Source of the DNA: Neocallimastix sp. 'constans'
Taxonomy: Eukaryota
Assembly (NCBI GenBank): GCA_050613775.1
Contig: JBODTK010000106.1
Coordinates: forward strand, 434,001-498,000
Direction: 5' to 3'
DNA length: 64,000 bases
This document shows positions 35,729-50,001 of the stretch, one piece after another. Made by a program: the position numbers and the translations under genes. Each line of letters starts with the position of its first letter. Position 1 is the first letter of the stretch. The notes under the pieces were generated by a model. It was not told where the DNA came from and did not search any database. It saw nothing but the letters and a program-made list of their open reading frames with translations.

Positions 35729-35870
35729 AGAAAAATCCCATTGTTACAAATAAAATTTTTATTCAATTTAAATATTGCTATATTTATATTGATTTAATAT
35801 TTATAAAGTTTAATTTTAGTTTTGGAATAATAATAAATTAATTTATTGAAGTTTTTTTAAATAGAGAAAT

Positions 35871-36131
35871 ATGGCTTATAAAATGACTGAAATGTACAAG
35901 ATAAAGGATTCTGATGAACTTGAATTAATGTTGGAATCTCAAAGTAACTTAAAAGTATATCCACCTAAAGTAAATTTACTTAGTTTTTTATCACCAAAAA
36001 TTCTTATGAGACGTAATGCTGTAAATGAAGATGAAATACGAAAAGCAATTGCTCATTTAAATATTGGTACATCTAATAATAATAATAATAATAATAATAT
36101 ATCTTCTAGTCCAACAGCAGTAGCAGTCTAA
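35871..36131 (+). CDS. 86-aa small protein with PKI-like PKA pseudosubstrate motif and leucine-rich NES
   Basis: Clean intronless ORF, GC above the flanks, AAATATGG start context. Contains FLSPKILMRRNAV and IRKAIAHLNI. Confidence refers to it being a real gene; the function is inferred. Confidence 0.7.
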   Translation: MAYKMTEMYKIKDSDELELMLESQSNLKVYPPKVNLLSFLSPKILMRRNAVNEDEIRKAIAHLNIGTSNNNNNNNNISSSPTAVAV

Positions 36132-38626
36132 TTATGATATATTGATATATTATAAATATATCAATATAAAGTATATCAAAATTAAAAGAAAATAAGTAAA
36201 ATCATAAAAACAGAAAGGAAAGATATAATTTTTATCTAGTTGAAGAAAAAGATAGCAAATGATACTATTTTATCCAAATTGTTTGTCAATAAGTAAGATA
36301 TTCATATATTTGAAATGAGGATATATGTATATATTGAAGTTTACCAGTATGAAAATCTTTTCATTTTTTATCAAATAGAATTCATGAAATAATGATATTA
36401 TCTGAAGTAATTTGTAAAGTATCAAACATAATAGTGCAATATTAACAATAATTATAAGTTAATGTTGTATTAAAATACTATAAAATTTTCGCAAAATTTA
36501 ATTGCATAAATTATATATATATATTTTTTAAATTCAATTTTAATACAAAATAGAGTTATTATATTTATTAGTAAAATTGTTTATAATTTACTACGTTTTA
36601 TATAATTTATTTATTTATTTATCGAATATTATTTAGAATTAGATTATTATTATTATTTTTATATATTGTAATACTTAGAATATTTATTAATTTATGATTT
36701 AATTTATAATGTATTTTTACTTTGATAACTTATTTAATTAATTTAAATTTAAAAACTGAAACAAACAAAAAACAAAAAAAAAAAAAAAAAAGTTTTAAAA
36801 TATGTAATATATATAAAAATGAAATAAAAAGTCAAAAAAATTAACATTAAAAACTAAATTAAAAATTATTATAGGAAGTGAATAAAAAAAGCTATAATGT
36901 TTAATAGTGGTTTAAAATTATTTTATTTTTTATTTTTTTTAATAGCTATAAATATTATTAATGTTTAAATGAAGTTCATTTCATTACTAATATAGTAATT
37001 AATGGTTTATTTAAAATGTCACTATTTAATTTTATAATTTTATTTTATATATATTTTTCAAAAAAAAAAAAAAAAAAAAAAAAGTTCGATAATAAAAAAA
37101 ATTTTTTATAGAACTAAAATTCATTTAATAAAAAAAATTATCTATTATGTAATTCTGTATTTTATTTTTTAATTATTAAAGTTTAGAATGATAAGACCAA
37201 TTAAGGTTTTTCACAGAATTTTTAATATTTCTATTACTACTACTAACAATACTAATACTAATAATAATAATAATAATAATAATAATGTAACTAATATTAA
37301 AAAAACTTTATTTCCTCTTTATTATTTAATAATTTATTATATAACTTATTATTAATTAATATATATTATAATTTAATCAATTGAAAATTGACATATTTAA
37401 ATAGGCGTTTGTTAAATAATATGTAAGAAATAATTTTAAAATTTTACATTAAATAATTTTATTTAATAATATTTTTATAATTGGTTTTTATAGAAAATGG
37501 AAAGTTTAATTTAAAAATTGACTAATTTTATTATAAGTTCTAATAATAATAAATAATAAATAAAAAATAATAATAAATAATTAAATAATAAATAATAAAT
37601 GAATAAATAATAATAATAAATAATAAATAAAAAATAATAAATAATAAATAATAAATAAATAATAATATAATATTTATAGTCTTAATTTTTTTATTTCCAT
37701 ATTTGTACAAATTAATTTTTTTTTAAAAAAAAAAGATCAACCAAAATAAAATAATAATAAAAATTGTAATAATAAAATTAAGAAAACTAAAAATTCGAGT
37801 ATATTTAAAAAAAATATATATTATATTATTAAAACCTATTTTGTATTGTTATATATTATATATTAAAATAAAAAATATAATATTAACAATATTAACAACA
37901 TATAAAAAATTTTAATATATTATATGTTTAATTATATTTAGATTAGTTAATAATATAGTTCTTTGATTGTTGTAATATACATTTTATATTTCTAAAATGG
38001 TATATAATAAGTTTTAATTATTTATGAAATTTAATCTAGATAATAATTTTAAAGATGAATTTTATTTAAAATCTGAAAAACTAATCCAAGATGTAGTCAT
38101 TTTTATATTAATCAATTTGAAATTATTAAAACAATAGAAAATACTAAGCTATAAAATATTAATTATTAACCTTCATCTTCATAGAATTGTTATTTATGAA
38201 GATGAAGGTCAATAATTAATACGTTAAAATTTGTTAATAACTTTTATTAAAAATTTAATTAATAAAAATTCAAAAGTATACTTTTTATATTATTTATACT
38301 TATATTTTTATTATTAATATATGATCCTGTTAATTGTTTAATAGTATTATTTTTATTTTTGTTTATAATTATACTTATTTAATTATAATAATGCATTATC
38401 ACATATATGAATATATAATTATAAAAATATTTTATTTTATATTGAATAAGGAATCTATACATGGATATATATCATACTAATGAAATACTGTTTAATCATA
38501 TAATGAAAAAAAAAAAATAAAAAGAAAAAATATTTGATTAAACTGTCTTATGTAATATACTATATATAGATAAGATAAAAATACAAAATCTCTACTATAA
38601 AAAAAAAGTAGATTTAATATACATAG

Positions 38627-38662
<36 letters not shown>

Positions 38663-39697
38663 TTTAAATAAATAATATAATATATTTTAATTTTGACCAA
38701 TCGTTATATAAAAATTAAGCTTTTATTAAAGTTTTAGTAAAATTGATACTAACATTAAAGTACAGATACTTCTTATTCAATTAGTATATACAAAAATTAT
38801 TCGAAAATTAATATGTAGATATTTTAAAATAATACAGAAAAAAAATTTTTTATTTATTGTTATTAATATATATACATTTTCTTGGTCTTGGTATATAATA
38901 CTTAAATTTATTAAATAATATAAATTTATTTTTTCATTGACTATATAATAAATATTAAAGTAATCATTTACCATAATTATATATAATATAGGTAATAAAA
39001 AATAATTATATTTTATATTGAAATATTAAATTTAATATATCAAGATAATAATATAAAAAAAAATTAAAAATTTAATAAAAATAAATATTATAAAATTAGT
39101 TTATTTTAATTAATTTGACTTTATTAATTTTTATTAACATTATAATTATTTTTCCATTATTTTCTTATTTTTATTATTACTAATTTTTTTATATATGTAT
39201 TTAATAATTGATAATGAAATAAATAAAAATTATAAATAAAATTTAAATATATATTTTTAAAGATAAAAAAGATATTTAATAAAGATAAATTAAATTTATT
39301 TTTCTTATTTTTTATATAATTTATCCATTTTATCCATTCTATAATCTTTTTTAAAAAAAATAAATAAATAAATTTAAAAATTCTATTTAAATATATAGAT
39401 AATTCTATATAATATATATATATATTTTCTTTATAATTTCAAATAATTGCTACGTTATTATATTAAAATTCTATACTAAATTAATAGAATAAAAATTTAT
39501 GTTAAGTATCTCTAATGGTTATGGTTAGATTATTAATATTTTGTATTAAAAAATAAGTTTAATTCAATAAAAATATTAAGAAAAATACTATAATTATTAA
39601 TACTAATAATTAATTATTCTTAATAATATTAATTACTTTTAATACTATTAATACTAAAAACTAAGTTATACTAATAATAATCAATAATAATACTGAT

Positions 39698-39744
<47 letters not shown>

Positions 39745-40379
39745 TTAAGAATTAGTTTTATTATTACCTGTAGTAATAAATAGTAATAATTATAATAATA
39801 ATTAATAATGATAATTAATAATGATAATTAATAATAATAATATATAATAATAATAATAAACAATAAATAATAAAAAAAATTAGCTATTAATAATAAATTA
39901 AAATAATAATGGTGTAATTGATTAATGAATTACTAAAATTTAATATATTATTTAAATATTCATATTTTTGTGAAAAATACATTAATATGAAAAAAAAAAA
40001 AAAAAAAAAAAAAAAAGAAATAGATGAATACATATAGTAATACAATTTTAAAACAAAGATTCTTTATTATTAATAATAAGTTATATTATTCATATAGGTG
40101 ATATTTATTACAATAATTAAATAATTTTATTAACATTCTTTATTATTAATTAATTTGATGACCAAAAATTTTAATTGTTTATATTAGTTATTCTATGATA
40201 GCTTTTTTTTTTTTATTTTTATTTTTGTATTCTTATTTAACCTATTATAGTGTCAAAAAAAAATTTTTTTTTCGTTTAGTTAAAAACAATCATAAACAAA
40301 AAATCAAAAATCAAATCAGAAAATATGGATATAAATAATTTTTAATGTCATAAACATATTGAATATAATTATTATTAAT

Positions 40380-41108
40380 TAACTTAATATTGATATTTTT
40401 ATTCAACAATATAATAATGCTTGACCAGATTGATAGAAACGTTTCTTTAATCTATCAATCATGCTATAAGCAGTTTTACATCCTCGGAGATATTCTTTAT
40501 TTGATTTTTCTAAATTATTTATTATAATAGAGTGAACAGCATTGTCTGATTTTATTTGATTTTTAAAATTGAATTTCATTCTCAATGTAGGAATCTAAAT
40601 CATTGGCAATTAGATGTCTTTTTAAAGGCTCATACCAATCTAAGAAATATTCTTTATTTAATATGAAATCTTTAATTTCAAAAACGGATTTCGTTATATT
40701 TCCATACTATTTATTAATGATAATTCTTTTATCATTAGATTCATCATCTTCATAAGAAGAGATCGATTCATTGTCCTTATTATCAGTTGGAGTCGATGAA
40801 CTCGAACTCTCTTCAATATGATTATTATTGTTATTCTTTGATTATTCTTGTTATTCTTTCTTTTAGCCAGCCATTCTTTGAAACATTAATAAAAAAAATA
40901 ATTAATTATATTTTAAAATGATTAGAATCATTGAAACGTTTTAAAAATTAAAATTAATAATATGTCTCATGGTATTTGAGACTCTTAATCTGTTAAGGAG
41001 TCATTATAAGTTATGATATGTACACTACAAAATGTATTATTATTCAATTAAATTTTATTTATTATTTATTAATTTATATGATTTAATAAAATATTTAAAA
41101 AGACTCAA
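40380..41108 (-). mobile_element. Ty1/copia LTR end, PBS and degenerate gag fragment (inverted homologue of 61780-62460)
   Basis: Reverse complement closely matches 61780-62460, including GACTCCTTAACAGATTAAGAGTCTC and the gag peptide MIDRLK.RFYQSGQALL. Confidence 0.85.
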
Positions 41109-41832
41109 AAGTATTTTATTTATTTATTATTTAATATATATTATTATTTGAAATTATGAAATTGTTAATTGTAATAAATAATAATTTTGATATAATTATA
41201 AAATTGATAATTGTATTTTAATTTAATAACTTTTATGAGAAAAGATAAAAAAAATAATAATAATAATAGCTCGTTGAATTTAAAATAAAAATATTTATAA
41301 TAAAATTAATTGTTTGTAAAAATAACCTTTTATTAATTTCAATAATATTTATATTATTTTAAAATAATTGTATTAATTATATTATTTATATATTGAATTT
41401 AATGTTAATTTATTATATTACATAATAAATTTATTTTTTTACAAAAAAATAGAGTAATGAAAAAAAAGAAGTAAATATATATATACAATCATATATATAA
41501 AATATATAAAAAAATTTGTATTTTCTATTTATTTTGTAATAGCTAAAAAAAATTTTTTTTTTTTTTTTTAAACTAAAACTTTTTTTCTACGATAATTAGA
41601 AAAAATTTATATTTAAAAAATTAATTTAATATAAAATTATTTTCCTTTAGTAGAAAAATTCTATATATAAAAATTTAATAATTTATAAAATTAATACTAA
41701 TTTTTTTTTAAATAAAAATTAGTTTAATAATTTATAAACTTATTACTATTTTTCTAAATAAAGAATTAATTTAAAAATTTCTTTAAATTTTAACTAATTC
41801 TTTTTTTGCTTGTTTTTATCGCTTTTTCTCTT

Positions 41833-44431
41833 TTAGCATTTAGATGGAAGACCACACCAATTTCCATTTTCTAATGCCCATTCTTTATCATTTGTTGTAT
41901 CAATAACAGGTAAACATTTACTACAACATGGATATCCATAAGCTTCAGCCCAACATTTTTTAATCTTTTCAACACATTCATTGGTTATACTACACCTATT
42001 AATTTAAATATTTAATATAAAAAAGTAATTTTAAAACAAATTATTAATCATTAAGTTAAAGCTAATATTTTATTATATATATATATATATTTAAAAATTT
42101 TTTTGTTGTTATTGATATTTACCATTCACCATTTTCTACACCCCATTTATCTCCATCATCAAGAACAATATTACATGATTTGCAACATTTATACATTGAT
42201 GCATTTGGACATAAAGCATTAGTACTACTTGAATTAGTTGGTATTTCTTCTAAATCAAGATCTAATCCAGAATCAACAATATGTTTGTTCTTGTTTTCAT
42301 TACCAATATTCTTTACATCATCACAACTATTGTGGTAATATATAGAAAAATAATTAATATATTTATTTTATTTTATTTAAGTATTTAACTACTAATATAT
42401 ATATATATATATTAAATATGATATGATTTTATTACGTTAAACCAATAAAGTTGTCGTAAACGGTGGAAATTAATTCACCATCCTTTGTATCTTCTTCAAT
42501 TTCCCACATCATCATACCTCCTAAATTTCTTTCGATTACATAATCAGCTTTAATTTTCACTGATTCTGGATCATCATAAGTAATAAATTGTCTTGAAACT
42601 TTATTATATAAGTAAGGAACACTAGATTTTGAATCCCATACACGAATCCAATCACCAGTTGCATCTTTGAAACTAGATTGTAAAATCTGTTTACGAAGAT
42701 TTTTATATTTCCAAATACCACTGTATCTTCCTGATTCTGCATTCATGCTATTTTTTTTTCATATAAAAAAATTGTATATATTGTTAATTAGTAAATGTTA
42801 TATATTAAAAATAATCAATATTAAAAAAAAAAAAACAGATAAAATTAATAATACTTACACATCTTCTTCATCACCTTTTGGGAAAGAATTGGATGGTATT
42901 TGAAGTAAACCATTATTATTAGATGTACTTGAAATCCATGATATACCATAAGAAGGAATACCAATAACAATTTTGTTAGATGGAAATTTAGCATTCATCC
43001 AATTTTTAACAGCACCTTCTACAGAAAATCCACTATCATTTCCTCCAGTTGGGTATAGTGAAGATTGATGTGATATAATATTTGACCAACTTCCATTAAA
43101 CTTTTTTTTTAATAAATTTTAAATAGAATCAATAAACAAATATATACATAAGTAAATAAATATATAATAATAGAATATATTTAATAAAATATTAGTAAGA
43201 TTATATATATATATTTTTTTAAAAAAAAAATAAAAAGAAAAATAATTGAATTAATAATTAAATAATTACATCATAACACATAAGATTAATATAATCTAAT
43301 ATTTCGGCAAATTTAGATAAGTCTTGTAATGGTTGATAGTTCACAACAAATAAATTGAACGTTACAGCAGTTGAAATAATTTTTGATTTACCAATAGCTT
43401 CACGTAATTCTTGCATCAATTTTAATAAATTATAGGTATCATTTTGGGCATCAAAACTATAGCAATAATAATAAAATAATAATAATAATAATAATAATAA
43501 TGATAATTATAATAATAATAATAATAATAAAAATAATAATAATAATAATAAAAATAATAAAAAAAATAATGATAATGATAATAATAAAATATTAATATTT
43601 AAATATACATCAATTTATTTATTAGTATCATTATATTATTACAGTACTTACCTATCATAAAAAGCACCAGGTACTCCTGGGTGTTCCCAATCAATATCAA
43701 TACCATCAGCACCAGTACTTTCTAACATCGATTTAACACTACTTATAAATTTGGATCTGTTTGCAGGATTTGATGACATAACTGAGAAATATCTACTTCC
43801 AGTCCAACCACCAACAGACATTATAATTTTAACATTTTTATTTCTACTACGAGCAGTTTCAATCAATTCTAAAAACTTAGTAGAGTCATATTTTAATGAA
43901 TAATTAGTTGGATCAATTTCACCAAAGGCTAAATTATTGTGAAAATTAAATATTAAGAAAATTAAATATTAATTTTTTTTATAGTATTAATTATATTTTA
44001 ATATAAAAATTTTAAAATTTAAATAATTAAAAAATAATAATTAAAAGAAAACTTTTTTTTTTCTGTACCATAATTTATATGAGTAAGTTTGTTAAATGGA
44101 AGATTCCTTGGTGGATAGTTATAGTACTTCCATTCTGGATAATAAATAATAATTGATTTTGCTAAATTTGAATCTTTACATTTAGTTTCAGTATCAGATG
44201 GAGGATTTGGTAACGAAACCATATCCTTTCCATTATTTGGAATAACAGGAGCAGCCATATTATTACATCTACCAAATTCAGGTTGACAATTATTATCACA
44301 ATAATCACTTGTTACGCCACACCAACCATATTGTGAACTTTTAATTATAATTATAATAAATACATATTTTAATTAATATTAAACGATATATATTAATATT
44401 GTGAATATATATATATTATAAATTAACTTTT

Positions 44432-44474
<43 letters not shown>

Positions 44475-44594
44475 TAGTAATTACCAGCATAAACCATCAG
44501 GACATTTTCCATAATCTCTTCCACATAACTGAGCTTTACTTAAAGAAGCAGAAAATAAAATAAATATTTCAAATAAATTTATAATTTTTAGCAT
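41833..44594 (-). CDS. Secreted GH18 chitinase: signal peptide, CBM18, GH18, two fungal dockerins (copy 2)
   Basis: MLKIINLFEIFILFSASLSKA signal. CGRDYGKCPDGLCCSQYGWCG. SVGGW, DGIDIDWEHP, ITYDDPES, LGGMMMWE. C-terminal KWGVENGEWC and CWAEAYGYPCC...WALENGNWCGLPSKC*. Confidence 0.92.
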
Positions 44595-44620
44595 TTTTCT
44601 TTAATTTAATTGTTAGATTG

Positions 44621-44656
<36 letters not shown>

Positions 44657-45071
44657 ATTTTTAAATAAATGATATGAAAAAAATCCTTCAAATTTACACT
44701 TTTTTGACAAAATTTAAATATTATTATACTAAAATAAATAATATTATTTACAGAATTTAATATATAATATTTATGATTTTAATTTTTATATTATTATTTT
44801 AAAATAAATAAATAAAAAAAAAAATTGAGAAAATTGATTCTATTTTATATAGAAAAAAAATATTGTATTATATGTTATAATGGGGCATTAGTAATATAAT
44901 AAATATTAATTTTATTATTATTTCTTTTAATTTATGTTTATATTAACATTTACTAATTAAATTTAATTATTAAACTTTCAATAATAAGAATTGTTTAATT
45001 AATTATAAAATTAGATATATATAAATTTAAAATATATTAAATTAATTAAAGATTCTGATATAAAATTCTTT

Positions 45072-45102
<31 letters not shown>

Positions 45103-47850
45103 TATAATGTAATATTCCATATACGGCAAAATAAATATTACATTCATTATTAGCTCGAGAATTTTTATAATAGCCCGAAATTATTTATATATTAAAAATT
45201 TCTATTTAATAGTCAAAAGTATTTGAAATTTTGAATTATTTTTAATATAAAGTTTATGTTGGGTTAATTTAATTTATTGGGATTGATTGTATATTACTAT
45301 AATTTTCCTTTAATATACAATAAAGTTATAAATAAATAAAAAAATATAATAATTTTTATTCGTTCAAAATTTATTATAATTTAAATTCAAATAATTATAT
45401 AGATTTTTTTCATAAAATATAAAAATAAATTTAGATAGACCGCATATAATATTAAAGTAAAAAGAGAAAAAAAGAGTGTTACAAAACAAAATTAAATTTT
45501 AAAGTAAAAAAAAATTAATTATTTATGAAAAGTACATTTAATAATATAGTTTTAAATAATTAAAATTAAAATAATAATATAATTTTTTAAATTTTGCTTA
45601 TAAATAATTATATTACTAATATTAAAATTTTTATTAAATAGAAGGAAAAACTAGTAAATGATTAAAATTTAAACACTTTATAGAATTATATTTTTAGCAT
45701 CAGTTATATTTTTAGCATCAGTTATAATTAACCTAGTAATTTATATATTTTAATATTAAAAAATAATAATAATTTCAATAATTATGTACGATGTATTTTA
45801 TAACATACCATGGTACTGCTTTATTCATTTAAATAAAATAATCAAAAAATATGAATTAAAAGTTAATGAAATATATGATTTTTTTTTTAAAGAAATGAAT
45901 CTAAATAGATAAATAAATAATATATATTATATATATATAATAAATATAAATAAAAGTTAAATTTCTTTAATGATATAAAAAAATATATATATATTTATTT
46001 CTTTTTTGTAGGCAAGAATTTTTATATTAATTTATTATAAAAATATTTTATTACTTCAATTTCAAAATTTTTATTTTTTAATAAATTTTATATTATAAAA
46101 AAATATATTATAATTTTATATTATAATACAATATTTTAAAATTAAAATATTAATTGATTAAAATTTTCTCTTTGAAATTCAATATTTAAAAATTGAAAAA
46201 TAAAAAATTTTATTATTCATTAAGTAATGTAAATTATTTAAAATTAAAAACACTAGATATAATATAGTTTATTTTAAATAAAATCTTAATATTTCAAAAT
46301 TTGAAATTAATTTTAAATGTTTAGTTATATTTTATAATTTAATCATCAATAATTAAATTATTAAATATAATTTTTATAAAGTAAAGTTCTTACTGTTTAT
46401 GTAATGAATTTTATTTTAAATTTTGAATGATAATGATAACAATAATAATAATAATTAATGTTATTAAATTATATAATTTAACCAAATCCTTTTTATTATT
46501 TTTAATTTTTTTTTTTTTTTAATATTTATATATAAATTAATATATAGCTCTTTAATTCAACATAAATTATATATATAAATAAAAATATATAAATAACCTT
46601 TTGACAAAAAATATATGTTTAATATATCATAATTTAAATAATAATATTAATTGTATTTAATATTATATTAAATTTTAAACTAAATAAATTAAATAAAAAT
46701 GATAATTAATATTAATAATAATTGTAATAAAGAAAATAAGATATCTTATATATTAAATTTTTATGATAAAAAAATTTATAATTATTAATTTTAATTATAA
46801 TTTTTATATTTTTGACTTTTTAGGATCTATATATACATTTTTTAATATATAATTTAATAATAACTGTTTAATTTAATATAAAAATCATGTATATAATAAT
46901 TTTAATTATAGTTAATTCAAATTAATTAAAATAAGGTATTATATATTTAATTTTATCATAAAAAAGTAATTTATAATTTTTTATGATAAAATCAAAAAAA
47001 ATTTTTAATTAATTATATATTATTATTTTTATTTTTAATATATTAAATTAACTATATATTCAAAAAAAAAAAATAAAAAAAAGGAAGAAAAAAATTTTTA
47101 ATTACAATATTTTTTTTGATAAATATGTTTTATTTATTTTTAATTTTTAACACTTTTTTAATTATTATAAAAAGCAAATAAAACGTTTTATTATTAAAGT
47201 TTATTTATTAATATTTATTATTTTAAATATAGTTACAAAGATAAAAATGTATAAAAATGTATAGCAATTTTTTTCATATTTATACTAATTGTGGCTTGAT
47301 AATAATAAAATGAAAAATTATATTAACAATGAATTAAATAATGTATTTCAAATATTAAGAGATTAATTATTTATTTAATTTTTATATATAATTAATTACT
47401 ATTATATTTATTTATTTATTTAGTTATTATCATTTAATTAATTTTTTAATTTTATTTTTTTATTTTGTTAAATTTTTATTTTGAATTATTTTTTTTCTTA
47501 TTGATTAAAATTAAAATATGAGAGATATAAATATTCATTAATTTTTATTTTACAGTTATCGTTTGCTTAAAATAAATATTATAAAGCCTTATAATGTATC
47601 ATTATTTATAATGCATTATTTATTTTTAATTAAAATTTATTATTGATTTTGAATGCTTTTATTATAATAAATATAAATGTTTCATTTATTTAATTAATAT
47701 TATTAATTTATTCATAATTGAAAAAAATATAATACCCATAAAATAATATATATTTTATTTGTTGAATATTTAAAAATATTCATAAATATTAAAAAAATTT
47801 ATTATTATTCTTTTTTTTATCTATATTATTAATATCATTGATTACAAGAA

Positions 47851-47922
<72 letters not shown>

Positions 47923-47932
47923 TACAATAGAT

Positions 47933-49215
47933 TAGATTTTTAAATACCAAAAATCTTATTTACAAATATACTCATTTTTGTACCATTAACATCTTTAGTG
48001 AGAGCGTCAGCTAACATTTCTTTTGTATCTTTGTATTCTAATTTTACTTTCCTTTTTACTATATTATCTCTATTAAAATGAAATCTAATATCTATGTGTT
48101 TTAACTTTGTATTGATTTCACCATTTTCAATAGTTATTTTACTTGCTAAATTATCTGTGAAGATGGTAATTGTTTTATTATAATTTATTAATTTTTTTAA
48201 AATATTTCTAATCCATGGAATCTTTTTAATAATCGGATGTTCTAATGTATTCCGCTTCTACTATAGACGTAGCTACATATGTTTGTTTTTTAGAAATCCA
48301 GCATATGGGACTGTTTCCCATAAGTATTATTCCGCCAGACGTAGATTTCCTGTCATTTAGATCACCTCCAAAATCGGCATCAGTGTATGTTATTATTTCC
48401 CCTTGTCCATCATATTCAATTTTATAATCTTTAGTACTCTTTATATATCTGAAAATATTTGTTATTTTATTCCAGTCTGATATTGTGGGTTTTTCTGATT
48501 TTCTGGCAGCCTTGTTCACGGAAAATGCGATATCTGGCCTTGTGCATTTTGATAGATATATTAAGGAACCTATTGCACTCTTGTGGATTGCTTTATTGAA
48601 AGGTTTATTATTTTCAGAGATAGTGTTGTCTCCTGTGCATAGTGTTTTTCTTTTTCTCATTTTTTTTATATTAAATTTGTCTAACATATTATTTATAAAA
48701 CTATTTTGTGATATAATATATTTATTCTTTTGTTTTTCAATTTTTATACCAAGTATGAATTCAGCTGGTCCACAATTTGATATTTTAAATTTTTCTTTAA
48801 TTTTTGTAATTATATTTTGTATTTCTTTGTCTTCACCAGTTATGATCATATCGTCTACATATAGACCATATAGACCAATGATGCATTTGGTTTTATTATT
48901 TTTTGAATAATTAAATATATACTTTTCAGATTTTATTTGTTTAAATCCATTTTTATTTAAAAATTTTGTAATCGTTTGGTTCCAGTGCCTACCGGATTGT
49001 TTTAATCCGTATAGTGCTTTATTGAGTTTCCAGAATCCCCTCCCAAAGTTAGTATCTCCTAGAGGAATAGTAGTGTATATATCAGTATCTAATAGAGCGT
49101 TGAGATACGCAGCTTTAATATCTAATTGGTTGATATTCCAATTAAACTTAGCTGCTAAACCGATAATAAGCTTTAATCCATCAATGTTTAAGGTAGGAGA
49201 ATAAGTAAGTTCATA
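47933..49215 (-). mobile_element. Ty1/copia RT-RNase H fragment (pseudogenised, 5'-truncated)
   Basis: QLDIKAAYLN, WKLNKALYGLKQSGRHW, YVDDM, RPDIAF, YTDADFGGD..DRKSTSG, KHIDIRFHF, ADALTK, with frameshifts. Confidence 0.92.
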
Positions 49216-49362
49216 ATATTCATAAATAATATACGTAACATTGTAAATTAATAATTTATAAAAAAAATTATTTTAAAAAAAGTTAAAAAATATTTAAATC
49301 ATGTTTTTAAAAAAATAGTATACATACATATATGTATACTAAATTTTATAAATTAGTTTGTA

Positions 49363-50001
49363 TTATTTTTTATATTTCTTTTTATTATAGCAACAACAGC
49401 CTATTATTATTGCTATAATGATTACAATTATTAATACTCCTATAATTATTAATGCTTCAAAATATGATTGTACGCCGTCGGAATCGGAAGGACCATCAGT
49501 TTGAGATTGACAAGTATTATTAGCACAATGCTTTGAAGAACATTCATTGTCTTCATTACAAGTATCATCTGGTGCCTTACCACAATACATATATACAGTT
49601 GGATCTAAAAACCATCTTCTTTTATAAATATTACTACAATGAACAATTGGTGTTTCATCATAAAATATACAATGATTTTTATAACATTTATTTGACAAAC
49701 ATTCTGAATCTTCACTGCATTCAGAACCATTACAATCATCTGTATCAATATAATCTTGAGTACAAGTTCCAACATTATATTTTGTTATATTACCATTTTC
49801 ATCTGGAATATCAATAAAATTATCATTATAAATATGTATTTCACCAACACAAATATCATTTTTACAATAGTAATTAGTATAATAATTATCTTTCATTTTT
49901 AATATCTCTTCTTTAGTATCAGCATTAGTAACAATAGATTTAATTATTTTTAAATAAAGTAATATTAATATAATATTTCTAATATAGGCTATTACATACA
50001 T
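49363..50001 (-). CDS. Cys-rich secreted-type single-pass membrane protein, 212 aa
   Basis: N-terminal hydrophobic signal, two C..D.EC.S..C..N.C modules, C-terminal TM helix followed by CCC and a basic tail. Intronless. Confidence 0.8.
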   Translation of the reverse strand: MYVIAYIRNIILILLYLKIIKSIVTNADTKEEILKMKDNYYTNYYCKNDICVGEIHIYNDNFIDIPDENGNITKYNVGTCTQDYIDTDDCNGSECSEDSECLSNKCYKNHCIFYDETPIVHCSNIYKRRWFLDPTVYMYCGKAPDDTCNEDNECSSKHCANNTCQSQTDGPSDSDGVQSYFEALIIIGVLIIVIIIAIIIGCCCYNKKKYKK

